DNA from: Octopus bimaculoides
Lineage: Eukaryota
DNA: 33,461 nt
Assembly: GCF_001194135.2 (NCBI RefSeq)
Contig: NC_069002.1
Coordinates: 10,736,457 to 10,769,917, forward strand
Direction: 5' to 3'
The first letter of the stretch is position 1, and each line of letters begins with the position of its first letter. The notes under the pieces are model-generated. The model made no database searches, had not been told where the DNA came from, and worked only from the letters and a program-made list of their open reading frames with translations. Position numbers and translations under genes: made by a program. This document shows positions 1 to 13,102 of the stretch, one piece after another.

Positions 1-48
<48 letters not shown>

Positions 49-1321
49 TCAGACACGCACACACATGCATGCATGCACAATTATAGGCATATATAAATAC
101 ATGCATATATGCATACAGTGCATACATGAAAACATACAGACATGTACATACATGCACACTCAGACGCACATATATATACACTTAGTTGCTCACATACATA
201 AATGCACTTACACATATGCCGACATGCATTGAAACAAACAAAAACACGCACAGATAGACACATGTACAAACATATATACACACACACACACACACATCTA
301 TACAGCTCCACCGTCACATACACATATACACACATAATCAAGCATATATATGAGAACACACATAACGGAATCAACAATATTCTTAGAAACCAATAGCTAA
401 CAAAATTTCCAAGCACAATGTCACATACTGCAGCAGAGAAAGAAAGAGAGAGAGAGAGGGGGGAGGGAGGAAGAGAGAGAGAGAGGGGGAGGGAGGAAGA
501 GAGAGAGAGAGAGAGAAATGATTTCAGTACTTCTTGAAAATCTCAAAAGAAATCCATTTACCGTTTCTTAAAGAGTCTTATCATTTTCTCTCTCTCTCTC
601 TCTCTCTCNNNNNNNNNNNNNNNNNNNNNNNNNNNNNNNNNNNNNNNNNNNNNNNNNNNNNNNNNNNNNNNNNNNNNNNNNNNNNNNNNNNNNNNNNNNN
701 NNNNNNNNNNNNNNNNNNNNNNNNNNNNNNNNNNNNNNNNNNNNNNNNNNNNNNNNNNNNNNNNNNNNNNNNNNNNNNNNNNNNNNNNNNNNNNNNNNNN
801 NNNNNNNNNNNNNNNNNNNNNNNNNNNNNNNNNNNNNNNNNNNNNNNNNNNNNNNNNNNNNNNNNNNNNNNNNNNNNNNNNNNNNNNNNNNNNNNNNNNN
901 NNNNNNNNNNNNNNNNNNNNNNNNNNNNNNNNNNNNNNNNNNNNNNNNNNNNNNNNNNNNNNNNNNNNNNNNNNNNNNNNNNNNNNNNNNNNNNNNNNNN
1001 NNNNNNNNNNNNNNNNNNNNNNNNNNNNNNNNNNNNNNNNNNNNNNNNNNNNNNNNNNNNNNNNNNNNNNNNNNNNNNNNNNNNNNNNNNNNNNNNNNNN
1101 NNNNNNNNNNNNNNNNNNNNNNNNNNNNNNNNNNNNNNNNNNNNNNNNNNNNNNNNNNNNNNNNNNNNNNNNNNNNACACATACAGTACATATATATATT
1201 TCTTTCACACTTCTTCTTCTCTCTCTCTCTCTTCGTGTCTCGCAAAGATGTATTGGTCTTGATGAAGTTATGTAATTCTGGAATTGCATTTCATCTCGTT
1301 AGGATTGTAATGATAATGGTA

Positions 1322-1339
1322 AGTGCAGATGACGATAGC

Positions 1340-1391
<52 letters not shown>

Positions 1392-1930
1392 ATGGTGGTG
1401 GTGATGGAGATGGTGGTGGTGGTGGTGGTGGTGGTGATGATGGTGGCAGTGATTATGACGATGACAATGATGATGATAGTAATGAGGATGATGATGATGA
1501 CGATGACGACGGTGATGATGATGATAATGAGGAGGAGGAGGACGATGATGATGGCGATGATGATGCTTATGATATTGAAAAGATGATGCTGATGAAAATG
1601 ATGAGAAAATGATAGAGAAAATTAAATTGCAGATAATGAGAAGGCAATTATGATGATGATGATAATTGGAAATGAGGATGAAGATAATTATGATGATATC
1701 AATGAGACAGTAAAATGGGGTTAATGATGATGATGATGATGATGATAATGAGTTAATGATAAAATATTATATTATTGATGACAATGAAAATGACGACCAA
1801 AGTGAAGGCAGTGGAGGAATTAGCGCCAAGAAAATAATGTTGATGATGATGGTGATGGCTATGATGATGATGACGGCGATGATGATATTGATGATGATGC
1901 AGATGGTGATGGTGATAACAGTGGTAACCA
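1322..1930. repeat. (GAT/GGT/GAC)n trinucleotide low-complexity block
   Basis: Directly visible; explains the poly-D/poly-M ORFs. Confidence 0.95.
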
Positions 1931-2404
1931 GGATGGTGGTGTTTGCGAAAGAGAAGGAAATTGTAAAAGATAGGACAATAAAAACTGAAGATACAATTCT
2001 GAGAAAAAAAAAAAAACAACCAGAAAAAGCAAACAAATAGAAACAACAATAACAGAAGGAAATAGAAAAAAAATATTAAAACAAATTTTATATGAAAGAG
2101 GAAAATAAAAGAAATTAAAATACAAAATTATATATATTTAATTTCCAAAAAAATATATTTGGCAAAATTTTATAGACCAAAATAATAAATAAAAGTAAAA
2201 ATCACATACATGCCAAAGTGAACATACACACACAATCATAAACACATACATACATTCATACATACACACACACACATATACATACACATATTTCTAAATT
2301 TCTTTTTAATGATTTCTGACTTCTTTCTATCAAACACCACCATCTTATTCACCTCATTCATCATCATCATCATCATCACGATCATCATCGTCATCGTCAT
2401 CATT

Positions 2405-2442
<38 letters not shown>

Positions 2443-2854
2443 TTAACATCCACTTTTTCATGCTTGCGTGAGAAGGAAAGAATTTGTCGAGGCAGATTTT
2501 ATACTACCAAATGTCTATTGTAGAAGACATTTGCCCCAAGGAGCTTGCAGTGGGACTGTACCTCAAACCAAATAGTCTTTAGGAAGCAAGTTTCTTAACC
2601 TCACAGCTACACGCACACATATAAAAGGATAAAGACCCCTTTCAATCATAAATGACCATGGGATTGCACTTAGAAAGTTCCCCTCTGAGGCACAAGTCCA
2701 GGGAAGGTTGTTTTAAGGATGACCAGCAGTCACCCATGCATAACCAGCGTCCTCTCTCCATGTCAACAATATTATCCAAGGGAGAGGCAAAGGCTGCTAT
2801 ATATATATACATACATACATTGTTCTCTCTCTTTATGTATATATATATATATAT

Positions 2855-3480
2855 ATAGGTGCAGGAGTGGATGTGTACTAAGTAGCTTGCTTACCAACCA
2901 CATGGTTCTGAGGTCATTCCCACTGCGTGGCACTTTGGGCAAGTGTCTTCTACTATAGCCTCGGGCCAACCAAAGCCTTGTGAGTGGATTTGGTAGACGG
3001 AAAACTGAAAGAAGCCCGTCGTATATATGTATATATATATGTGTGTGTGTATGTGTTTGTGTGTCTGTGTTTGTCCCCCCCAACATCACTTGACAACCGA
3101 TGCTGGTGTGTTTACGTCCCCGTAACTTAGCGGTTCGGCAAAAGAGACCGATAGAATAAGTACTAGGCTTCCAAAGAATACATCCTGGGTCGATTTGCTC
3201 GACTAAAGGCNNNNNNNNNNAAGAAGCCCGTCGTATATATGTATATATATATGTGTGTGTGTATGTGTTTGTGTGTCTGTGTTTGTCCCCCCCAACATCA
3301 CTTGACAACCGATGCTGGTGTGTTTACGTCCCCGTAACTTAGCGGTTCGGCAAAAGAGACCGATAGAATAAGTACTAGGCTTCCAAAGAATACATCCTGG
3401 GTCGATTTGCTCGACTAAAGGCGGTGCTCCAGCATGGCCGCAGTCAAATGACTGAAGCAAGTAAAAGAGAGTAAAAGAGT
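2855..3480 (+). mobile_element. SINE family A (tRNA head), with an internal gap-associated duplication
   Basis: Head ATAGG(T/C)GCAGGAGTGG..., B-box-like GGTCATTCCC, body, (TA/TG)n spacer, 3' half ending GTAAAAGAG repeats; near-identical to the 5229 and 7202 copies. Confidence 0.9.
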
Positions 3481-3489
3481 ATATATGAT

Positions 3490-3735
3490 ATAGGTGCAGG
3501 CATGGCTGTGTGGTAAGAAGTTTGCTTCGCAACCTCATGGTTTCTGGTTCAGTTTCGCTTCATAGCTTTTTAGCAAATGACTTCTATTATAGCCCTGGGT
3601 CAATGAAAATCTTGTGAGTGGACTTGGGAGGTGGAAACTGGAAGAAGCACGTTGTATATATATGTGTGTGTGTGTGTGTGTGAGAATGTGTTTTTGTGTC
3701 TCCTTGTCTTGACATTTTGTGGTGACTGTAAACGT
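3490..3735 (+). mobile_element. Diverged SINE with A-type head and a different body
   Basis: ATAGGTGCAGGCATGGCTGTGTGGTAAG...GGTTCAGTTTC head; diverges from family A after the (TG)n tract. Confidence 0.7.
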
Positions 3736-4736
3736 ATTCTATAGTCAGATGCTCTTCTTCCTGTCATGACTTACTTGTTTTCAAGTAAGTTACTTTATTC
3801 CATTAGACTTTGTATATTAAGCTAATGACTTGTGGTGGTATGGGAAGCGGTTGCATAATGTTTATACAGCATATAAACAAGCTTCATTACTGCCACGCAC
3901 ACACACACCCATCCATGCACACATACACAAACCCTAACACATATCCATGCACACACACGACCACAAATACATACAACTACGGACACACAAGCACAGACAC
4001 ACCCATAGACAAATACATACATAGACACAAACATGGGCACACAAACAATGACACAGACACACTCACACATGCACACAAACACACCCACAGACACGTAAAT
4101 ACACAAACACATACAGACACAAACGCACACTCACACACACACATGTGCAGGCTCACACACATGTGCAGGCTCACACACATCAGGATTCCACACAGTTTTC
4201 ATTTACCAACTCTTTTGCCAATCAAAATTTCATCTTCCAAATTTCACACTTCTCCTTTTAAACTCAGCTCATTAAAGCCCAATTTACTATTTAATTAAAT
4301 TATCGGCCAACACAATCATTAATTATTAGTGACACTACCATATCTGATGGGTTCATAAAGCCATTAGCTGCTCATTTCTGTGTGGGCAGGGTGGGGTGAA
4401 TATGACCTCTGCAGTAGGTTGCAAACAAGGTCTAGTCTTTGTTGAGGTCATTCACTCTTTTTATGTCCAGAGCAAAACACATAAACATCTATTCACGCTT
4501 GTGTCAGTGAACTTGTTTACAAATTTCACCTGACTTCAATAAAATCTTGCCTTGTTTCAATATAGATGACACATGTTTATTGTATAATTCAAATAATTAA
4601 TGCACATACGCACACACATATATATATATGTATGTGTGTATGTATGAATGTGTGTATGTATGAATATGTGTGTGTAGGTATGTTTCAATGTATGTATGTA
4701 TCTATCTACCTATCATCACACATTCACAAATTATAT

Positions 4737-4819
<83 letters not shown>

Positions 4820-5228
4820 GTATACACACATATATACATGCACACATACATTATTTATATATAAATGAATACAAATATATATATAGATGTGTGTACATGT
4901 GTGTGTCTCAATTTAGCTATCTAGCCATATACACATACATATATGAATCTACTTATTATATATATTGATATGTATATTGTATGCATATGTACACACACAC
5001 GTATGCATGTATGTAAATGTAGATGTATGTTTGTATAATGGCAGGAAAAACACAGATGTAGAATGACAATATTCTTGATTAATTGAATCTAGAAAATTAC
5101 AGAGCACAAGAAAAATAGGAGCTTAGAAATATTGGCAGCTCAAGTTGGAATTACAATTTAAATACGTTTTTTGGTTAGGCTTGGATGGGGAGAAAAAAGT
5201 AGGAAAAAAATTAAAGGGAAATTTAGGG

Positions 5229-5916
5229 ATAGGCGCAGGAGTGGCTGTGTGGTAAGTAGCTTGCTTACCAACCACATGGTTCTGGGTTCATTCCCACTGC
5301 GTGGCACCTTGGGCAAGTGTCTTCTATTATAGCCTCGGGCCGACCAAAGCCTTGTGAGTGGATTTGGTAGACGGAAACTGATAGAAGCCTGTCGTATATA
5401 TATGTGTGTGTGTGTGTGNNNNNNNNNNNNNNNNNNNNNNNNNNNNNNNNNNNNNNNNNNNNNNNNNNNNNNNNNNNNNNNNNNNNNNNNNNNNNNNNNN
5501 NNNNNNNNNNNNNNNNNNNNNNNNNNNNNNNNNNNNNNNNNNNNNNNNNNNNNNNNNNNNNNNNNNNNNNNNNNNNNNNNNNNNNNNNNNNNNNNNNNNN
5601 NNNNNNNNNNNNNNNNNNNNNNNNNNNNNNNNNNNNNNNNNNNNNNNNNNNNNNNNNNNNNNNNNNNNNNNNNNNNNNNNNNNNNNNNNNNNNNNNNNNT
5701 GTGTGTATGTTTGTGTGTCTGTGTTTGTCTCCCAATATTGCTTGACAACCGATGCTGGTGTGTTTATGTCCCTGCAACTTAGTGGTTCGGCAAAAGAGAC
5801 CGATAGAATAAGTACTAGGCATCCAAAGAATAAGTCCTGGGGTCGATTTGCTCGACTAAAGGTGGTGCTCCAGCACAGCCGCAGTCAAATGACTGAAACA
5901 AGTAAAAGAGTAAAAG
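5229..5916 (+). mobile_element. SINE family A (gap inside)
   Basis: A box TGGCTGTGTGGT (5242-5253), B box GGTTCATTCCC (5285-5295); 3' end gactgaaacaagtaaaagagtaaaag. Confidence 0.9.
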
Positions 5917-6229
5917 TGGGTCCTTTTGGCAGAATGTTAGCAAAAATCATAAACCCTTAAGGGCTGATTGATTGGCCAAAAAGTCGAATGACGCAGAAGA
6001 CGACTAGGCCAAACTGTTGGCCTGGTAATATTTGTCTTGTGATTAGCTGGTTGGTCCTCATACTAGCCAATCAGACCACTTCTCACATTCCCTTCACATC
6101 TGGGTCCTTCGATGGTGGCTTCCATGATAGTTTTCTGTGTTCTGTGATTCTACATCAATTTTTTTGTGTTCCAAGTGAGCATCATGAAATTTCACCACAT
6201 CCAACAGTAACGCTGATGAAATTATAGTT

Positions 6230-6560
6230 AGCGAGTCCGGTTTCTCCCAGCCTAGTGGTCAATTTGACACTAAAACTGGCGAAAACAACCAGGGAAATAA
6301 TGGAGAAGATCAAAATGACAATGGTGATGAAGATAATGTTGTGAACCTTTACTTTAGGATTAGGGATACTGAACTAGATAGAGATGACCCCTTTGAATTC
6401 TTAGAAAATACAGGGCCTAGAAATATACCATCCCAGTGAAAAATTTTAAGCTGTTTTTCAAATGGAATCTTATTCAAATGTTTGTCAGAGAGACCAATCA
6501 GCATGCTGCCAACTTTCTCAGGAACACTCAGCTCAAGAGGGTATCCCTTGGTTATAGACG
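6230..6560 (+). pseudogene. piggyBac-like transposase N-terminal remnant
   Basis: Acidic stretch, then PFEFLENTGPRNIP, a frameshift near 6433, then PVKNFKLFFKWNLIQMFVRETNQHAANFL. This resembles the F.F.G.PG...P..F.LFF...L...V.ETN.YA start of the DDE_Tnp_1_7 region. Confidence 0.7.
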
Positions 6561-6749
6561 GCTCTGTCTTTTTGGAACTGAAACTCCAAAGAAAGCTCCA
6601 TCTCTAAAGGTTTAAATTTGAAGGGTCAATTTCTTACACCCATCGAATCCTCTCTTGTGCATGTCTGACTGATATCATAGTTGTTTATGCTAATCTGAGA
6701 AAAATAAAATTAATTCTGTGCTCTTCAAGGAAGGGAAGTTAAGCTTTAA

Positions 6750-6970
6750 CCCTTTCGTTACCAACCCGGCTGAAACCGGCTCTGGCTCTGAGTACAAATG
6801 TCTTGTTTCCATAAGTTTTGAATTAAAATCTTCCACCAAACCTTAGTCACAATTTATGTTCCTAACACTAGCTGAATGATAACTAAGTTATTTTACTAAA
6901 TTCTTTGTTATATTTAAAATTAATTGAAAAAAACACAGAGCATCTCGAAATAAATACGGTAACGAAAGGG
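6750..6970. mobile_element. piggyBac-type MITE (221 bp)
   Basis: 13-bp perfect TIR CCCTTTCGTTACC (6750-6762) / GGTAACGAAAGGG (6958-6970); flanked by TTAA (6746-6749) and TTAG (6971-6974). Confidence 0.9.
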
Positions 6971-7095
6971 TTAGAGAAGACATGAGGACTGGAAGCAAGG
7001 TTTCAGGTTATTATTTGCTGAAGATTGATTTTTCAGAATTTCACACACCTCTACAATTTTTATGCTGACGGCTTTGACAATGTCGACAATGTAAA

Positions 7096-7733
7096 CCCTT
7101 TAGCATTCAGATTACTCTGTCAAATGTAATCCTTATTTATTCACCTTGTTTTGAATTAATCATGGATTATCTTATAGCTTCAAGATTTCAACGATGTAAT
7201 TACTCTTTTACTCTTTTACTTGTTTCAGTCTTTTGACTGTGGCCATGCTGGAGCACTGCCTTTAGTCGAGCAAATCGACCCCAGGACTTATTCTTTAGAA
7301 GCTTAGTACTTATTCTATCGGTCTCTTCTTTTGCCGAACCGCTAAGTTACGGGGACATAAACACACCAGCATCGGTTGTCAAGCGATGTTGGGGGGACAG
7401 ACACAGACACAAACACATACACACATACATATATATATATATACATATATACGACGGGCTTCTTTCAGTTTCCGTCTACCAAATCCACTCACAAGGCTTT
7501 GGTCGGCCCGAGGCTATAGTAGAAGACACTTACCCAAGGTGCCACGCAGTGAGACTGAACCCGGGACCATGTGGTTGGTAAGCAAGCTACTTACCACACA
7601 GCCACTCCTGCGCCTAATTGTTTATTTTTAGAACGAAATTGTAGGGTAGGTGCGAGAGGCCAGATCTAACCAGTTTGAACATAAAACAGATAGAATACTC
7701 GGACCGGATATGGCCAGTTTAAATACTAAAAAG
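7096..7733. mobile_element. Second piggyBac-type MITE, interrupted by a SINE-A insertion
   Basis: Degenerate TIR CCCTTTAGCATT (7096) / AATACTAAAAAG (7722-7733); the two halves 7096-7201 and 7615-7733 are separated by the SINE. Confidence 0.65.
7202..7614 (-). mobile_element. Full-length SINE family A inserted in a MITE
   Basis: Complete reverse-complement copy; short TAATT duplication at 7197-7201 and 7615-7619. Confidence 0.9.
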
Positions 7734-9283
7734 TAATCCTGATGACATTTTTGCTGTCACTGTTACTGATGGTGATGGTGATGATGATGATGGTGATGAC
7801 GATAATGGTGATGGTGATGGTGATGATGATGATGGTGATGACGATGATAGCCATGCAGAACCAATGTTTATTCTCCATCTTACCGATATTAATTTGCTTC
7901 TTTCAAAGTTTCTTTTTCATTTTTTTCTTATAGCTGTTTTCATCTTTCTCTCTTCTTTCCGTTTTATTATACATTTTCATGTATTTGTTTTTTTAAAATT
8001 TGGCTGTTATTTGAAAGCATGTTGAGTGACCTCAACATATTGAGACCCCCCCCCCATTCNNNNNNNNNNGAAGAAAGGAACATTGGAGTTTAAAAAACAT
8101 CTGGATATATTGGTTAAAAAAAGCAGGTGGTGGTAGTGGTGATGGTGTTGGTGGGGATGATGGAGGTGGCGATGGTGTTGGTGTGATGATGTTGGTGGTG
8201 ATGGCAGTGGTAGCGGTGGCAGTGGTGGTGGCGGTGGCAGTGGTGGTGAGGTGGACATTATGAAAGTCAAAGGATAGAGGGCAACATTTTTAAAACATTG
8301 GAATTTTGTAAAGTATAGTTTTTTTTTGTTTTTTTTCGGAATCGAAATCTCTGTATATTTCCATATGGAATTCCCCGGATATTATTNNNNNNNNNNNNNN
8401 NNNNNNNNNNNNNNNNNNNNNNNNNNNNNNNNNNNNNNNNNNNNNNNNNNNNNNNNNNNNNNNNNNNNNNNNNNNNNNNNNNNNNNNNNNNNNNNNNNNN
8501 NNNNNNNNNNNNNNNNNNNNNNNNNNNNNNNNNNNNNNNNNNNNNNNNNNNNNNNNNNNNNNNNNNNNNNNNNNNNNGTGTGTATGTGTGTGTATGTAAG
8601 TGCATGTGTATGGTATTCCAGATTTTTAAAAACTGTTTTGGTGGGTGAAATTTGTAATCTTTATTGTCGAAAAGAACGCAATTCCAAAGAAATGAAAGAA
8701 ACCAAACAAAGAGATGCTGGGTACTTATTTGACATGTCAGTTCCCTAATTTCTTCTATTCAAATGTTTATACTCACCCCTTACAGCTACAGACCACTACT
8801 TTGCTTGTGTGTGCATGTGTTCATGTATTCACTTGATGAAAATGGTTTTTTCTAATGATGTAACCTCTCCATTAATCAATGAATAACTCATTGGAAACAG
8901 CTGTAGTGGATTGACACATTATATGTCTTCTTATTTATCTATTCATTATTCGCCTCACTCGGAACCTACTCCTTGCAAAGATCCGACGTATACTATGGAT
9001 TATACATTTAGTGCAATGTGTGTTTCCTGATTAGCCCCCAGGGCTATTGATATACTCAGTTGGGTGCCGTTAATCATATACATAACCTCAATACCCTTCT
9101 GCCTGTACTTTAGTAACCCCGTATGTTGTCCTCTATTTTTGTTGTGTACACATTTTTTCAACCCAATCTGGTGTCTTGCCATTTGAGTGCTTGAGTCACT
9201 CAAATCCTGATCTATTACACACACAGACACACACACATATATGTGTGTGTGTGTGTGTATGTGTGTGTATATATATATGTGTA

Positions 9284-9315
<32 letters not shown>

Positions 9316-9317
9316 TG

Positions 9318-9374
<57 letters not shown>

Positions 9375-9550
9375 ATATATTTATATATATATATAAAACA
9401 TACACTTTTCAGTTTGAAAACGGCTACTTGAAGCTTGAAACTCATATCAGAGTAATTTACTGTAAACTATTAATAAGATTAAAATAATAATTATTCCTCC
9501 AAAAATAGCCATATCTACTCACTTTTTGAAATATATATATATACACACAC

Positions 9551-9582
<32 letters not shown>

Positions 9583-9607
9583 ATGTGTGTCTGTATATAC
9601 TATCAGA

Positions 9608-10020
9608 CATCAACACAGCCCCCTGCCACCTACCTAATAAAAGATATCAGTATAAAAGATACCTAATAAAAGATATCAGTATAAAAGATACCTAATAAAA
9701 GATATCAGTAAACAGATTTTTGAACTTATCTTCAAATAAAGATATTTTCAACGCAGTGGCTCCTGCTTACTATGAGGTGCTAGCGGCCAGCAAGTTCAAG
9801 GCCCATATAGTATATACACCAGGATCGAACAACCATAAAAGGAAACACCCACTGCAAGACCTTATGGTTCACTCCCCACTACTCCCTAAACACATAGGTA
9901 AAATTTTTCTTAGGTTGGTGGATGAGGATTTCATGCAATCACACAAATATAGAAAGATCTTTAACAGACATAACTTAAGAATCTCTTTCAGTTTTGCACC
10001 CAATGTTAAGAAAAAATTAC
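9608..10020 (+). pseudogene. Penelope-like element (PLE) RT C-terminal/linker remnant
   Basis: SVNRFLNLSSNKDIFNAVAPAYYEVL, then in a shifted frame KTLWFTPHYSLNT, then IGKIFLRLVDEDF..SHKYRKIFNRHNLRISFSFAPNVK. This matches the PLE pattern LSSN..IF..AAP.Y..AL / IIWFNPPYS / IGK.FL.L.DKHF...HKIFNRN.VKVSYSCMPN. Frameshifted. Confidence 0.85.
9632..9710 (+). repeat. 29-bp tandem repeat x2.7
   Basis: ACCTAATAAAAGATATCAGTATAAAAGAT at 9632 and 9661, partial at 9690. Confidence 0.95.
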
Positions 10021-10235
10021 TTAGCACTCCTGTTGGCACTCTGTCGCTTACGACGTCGAGGGTTGGCATTAGGAAGGGCATCCTGCTGTAGAAACTCTGC
10101 CAGATCAGATTGGAGCCTGGTGTAGCCATCTGGTTTCACCAGTCCTCAGTCAAATCGTCCAAAGTCAACCGCGGCAGAATTTGAACTCAAAACGTAGCAG
10201 CAGACGAAATACCGCTAAGCATTTTGCTGACAATC

Positions 10236-10268
<33 letters not shown>

Positions 10269-10805
10269 GCAACAATAACAATAATAATGATGATGATGAC
10301 AATGATGACAACAATACTAGAATTTAAAACATATAAAGCAAAGATTTCTAGAAACGAAAACCAAAACCAAAACAAAAAAACATGAAAATTGTCAGATTTT
10401 CTCCTTTCAATAGACTTTAACAATGCTTTTTCTCTCTTTTTAGTTTTACATAGTTGTTTATTCTTTTATACTTGTGTTTCTTTCATATCTGTTTTTCTAT
10501 TTTTCTATTCAGTTTAGGCATTTATATTTTTTGTTTTATATATATATATATATATATATACTGGTATCGATTTATATTAATGTATGTTATATTTTTATGT
10601 CGTTATGTAGTTTTGTCTTTATGTGGTTATATGTTTTTTATTTGTTGTGTGTGGTATTTTTGTATTTTTTGTTTCAGTTTATCTTTATGTTATCTGTTTA
10701 TGTTTTTATATGCCTATAAATTTCTCTCTCTCTCTGTTCATCTCTCTGTCTTTCTTTCTCTGCGTTTCTCTCTCTCTCTCTCTCTGTATTTCCCTCTGAA
10801 TATAT

Positions 10806-10972
10806 ATAGGTGCAGGTATGGCTGTGTGGTAATAGGCTTGCTTCCCAACCACATGGTTCTGGGCTCAGTCTCATTGAGTGGCAGCCTAGGGCAAGTGTCT
10901 TCTACTATAGATGACACTTGGGCCAATCAAAGCCTTGTGCAGTGGAATTAGTAGAGGGAAACTGAAAGAGGT
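10806..10972 (+). mobile_element. SINE family A 5' half (diverged)
   Basis: ATAGGTGCAGGTATGGCTGTGTGGT head and ggcaagtgtcttctactata body. Confidence 0.8.
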
Positions 10973-11737
10973 CTATTGTAAAACCCTGCCGAAACAGACA
11001 CAGTAGTCTGGTGCAGGCAGAGGATGTTGTAGCATGGAAATCTAAATTTATTTACGGGGACAGCAACTGAGTATCGCTCGAGGAGAAACATATTGATCTT
11101 CTTATACAGGTAAATAGTTACATAACTTAATTTAAACTTTAGATCCAGTATATATGAGGATCTGTATGCATCGAAACATTTGTAGCGATTAAAAAGCTGC
11201 CTAACCGTACTTAATCTTCCTTTTAACTCTTTTACATTTTACTTTTTATTTTCACACACGAGGAATACCTAAGACTAGAACTGGTAGCATACCATTAGAA
11301 TACTACCGGCTATTTGGGAATTCTAAGGATGAATCAGCTCTATTTGTACTCTTATATGTTCTTAACAGAACATACCTCAACTGTATATATATATATATAT
11401 GTCTGTTACAGTCTGTCAGATATAGGCCATGATGAATACCACAAGGTATTGAAAATACGTATTCGCCTTTATATATTTAATCCTTTATATTGAACACTCA
11501 ATATTTCATATATTCAATAAGACATATTCCATATATTCAATAAGACATTCAATACTTCATTTCATTGTACCATCCATTTTTATATTATATATTATATATT
11601 CCATATTCTATATCCTACATTAATTTTACAAGAATATAAATAAAACATAAAAAACAGAGTTGGAACTCTTTTAAATAAAATAATATATTCCTCTATACAC
11701 GATCATACAAAACCCTTTTTTTGTATTTATTTTTACT

Positions 11738-11788
<51 letters not shown>

Positions 11789-11917
11789 CTGTCTTATATC
11801 TCTGATAGTATAAAGAGGGTCTAATAAGGTTAAAATCAGAAAAGACATTGGGTCATAAAGTTCTGCCTTTGAAAATTCCAAGGTGACTATAATGGCAATT
11901 AAAAGTGTAAAGAAATG

Positions 11918-12605
11918 TGATGATGATGATGATGACGATGATGATGATATTGATGATGAAAATGATGATGATGTGGAGGATAAGGAGTTAAGAGGAGAAT
12001 GAGAATGAAGATGATGTTGATTGTAATAATGGGATGAAGATAATGATGGTGGTGGTGGTGATGATGACTATGATGATGTTGATGGTGATGATGACAATGT
12101 TACAATGGCGATGTTGATGACAACACTGGTGGTGGTGGTGATGGTGGTAGTGGCAACAATGACACTGATTAAAGGTGATGACGATGATGACAGATAAAAT
12201 ATGATGGTGATGATGACAATGGTATCGGTGGTATTGATGGTTTTAATGATGAAGATCTCGTCAAAGATGACAATGACAATCTTGATGACATTGCTACCCT
12301 CGCAGCTGCAGCTGCTGATGATGACGATGAGGACAATGATGACAACGATGACGGCAACGGTGATCTTGTTGATGATGATGCTCATGATGATAATGATAGT
12401 GATGATGATGATGAAGATGATAGTTAGAGGGTGATGATGACTGTGATGACAATGATGATGGTGGCGATGATTATAATGATGATGATGATGATGGTGCTGA
12501 CAACATTGCAGCTGTCACTGCTGCTGTTGGTGTGGTGACAATGAAATTGATGACGACGACAACGACAGTGATGATGATGATGATGATGATGACGATAGTG
12601 ATGAC
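11918..12605. repeat. Long degenerate (GAT/GGT)n block
   Basis: Directly visible. Confidence 0.95.
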
Positions 12606-13002
12606 AACAACACAAAACAAATATTTATTCTCCATCATTCAAGTCAATTTAAAACATTTACTTTCTTCATTCAAGAATTTTTCTCGTTCTTTACAATAAA
12701 TTTTTTCACCTCTCTTTCTCCCTCTCTCTCTTTCTCTCTCCTTTCCATTTTTGTCTATATTTCTACATTTTTCTTTATATTTCTTTCATTTTATTGCTTT
12801 TATATCTATTTACATTTTGCATATATTTTTTTTTTAGATGTTTATGTGATTTTTATTATAGATATCTTTAAAAAAGGTACTTGTCACTTTAAATAACATT
12901 TTCTCTCTTCGTCTTCTTCTTCACCCATTTACGCTCCTTTTCTTCATCCCCTACGCTAATCATCTATCCATTTATCATTAATTCTTACCATTAAATTAAT
13001 TT

Positions 13003-13068
13003 ATGACAATAATAACACCAATAATACTAATAATAACAATAACAATAATAATACTGTCAATAATATCA

Positions 13069-13102
<34 letters not shown>

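Noticed and set aside
534-1289. Long ORFs containing X runs (also 5158-5960, 8267-8748, 21694-22146, 28262-28589)
   Set aside because: They are open only because they cross N gaps.
1235-2125. Poly-Asp/Gly, poly-Met and poly-His ORFs resembling acidic or His-rich proteins (also 11918-13311)
   Set aside because: Translations of trinucleotide microsatellites in several frames at once; no splice or codon evidence.
3010-3422. Apparent 200-bp tandem duplication inside SINE-A; similar duplications around 14865, 16513 and 17657
   Set aside because: Each pair straddles a ~10-N gap, the signature of unmerged overlapping contig ends; treated as an assembly artefact.
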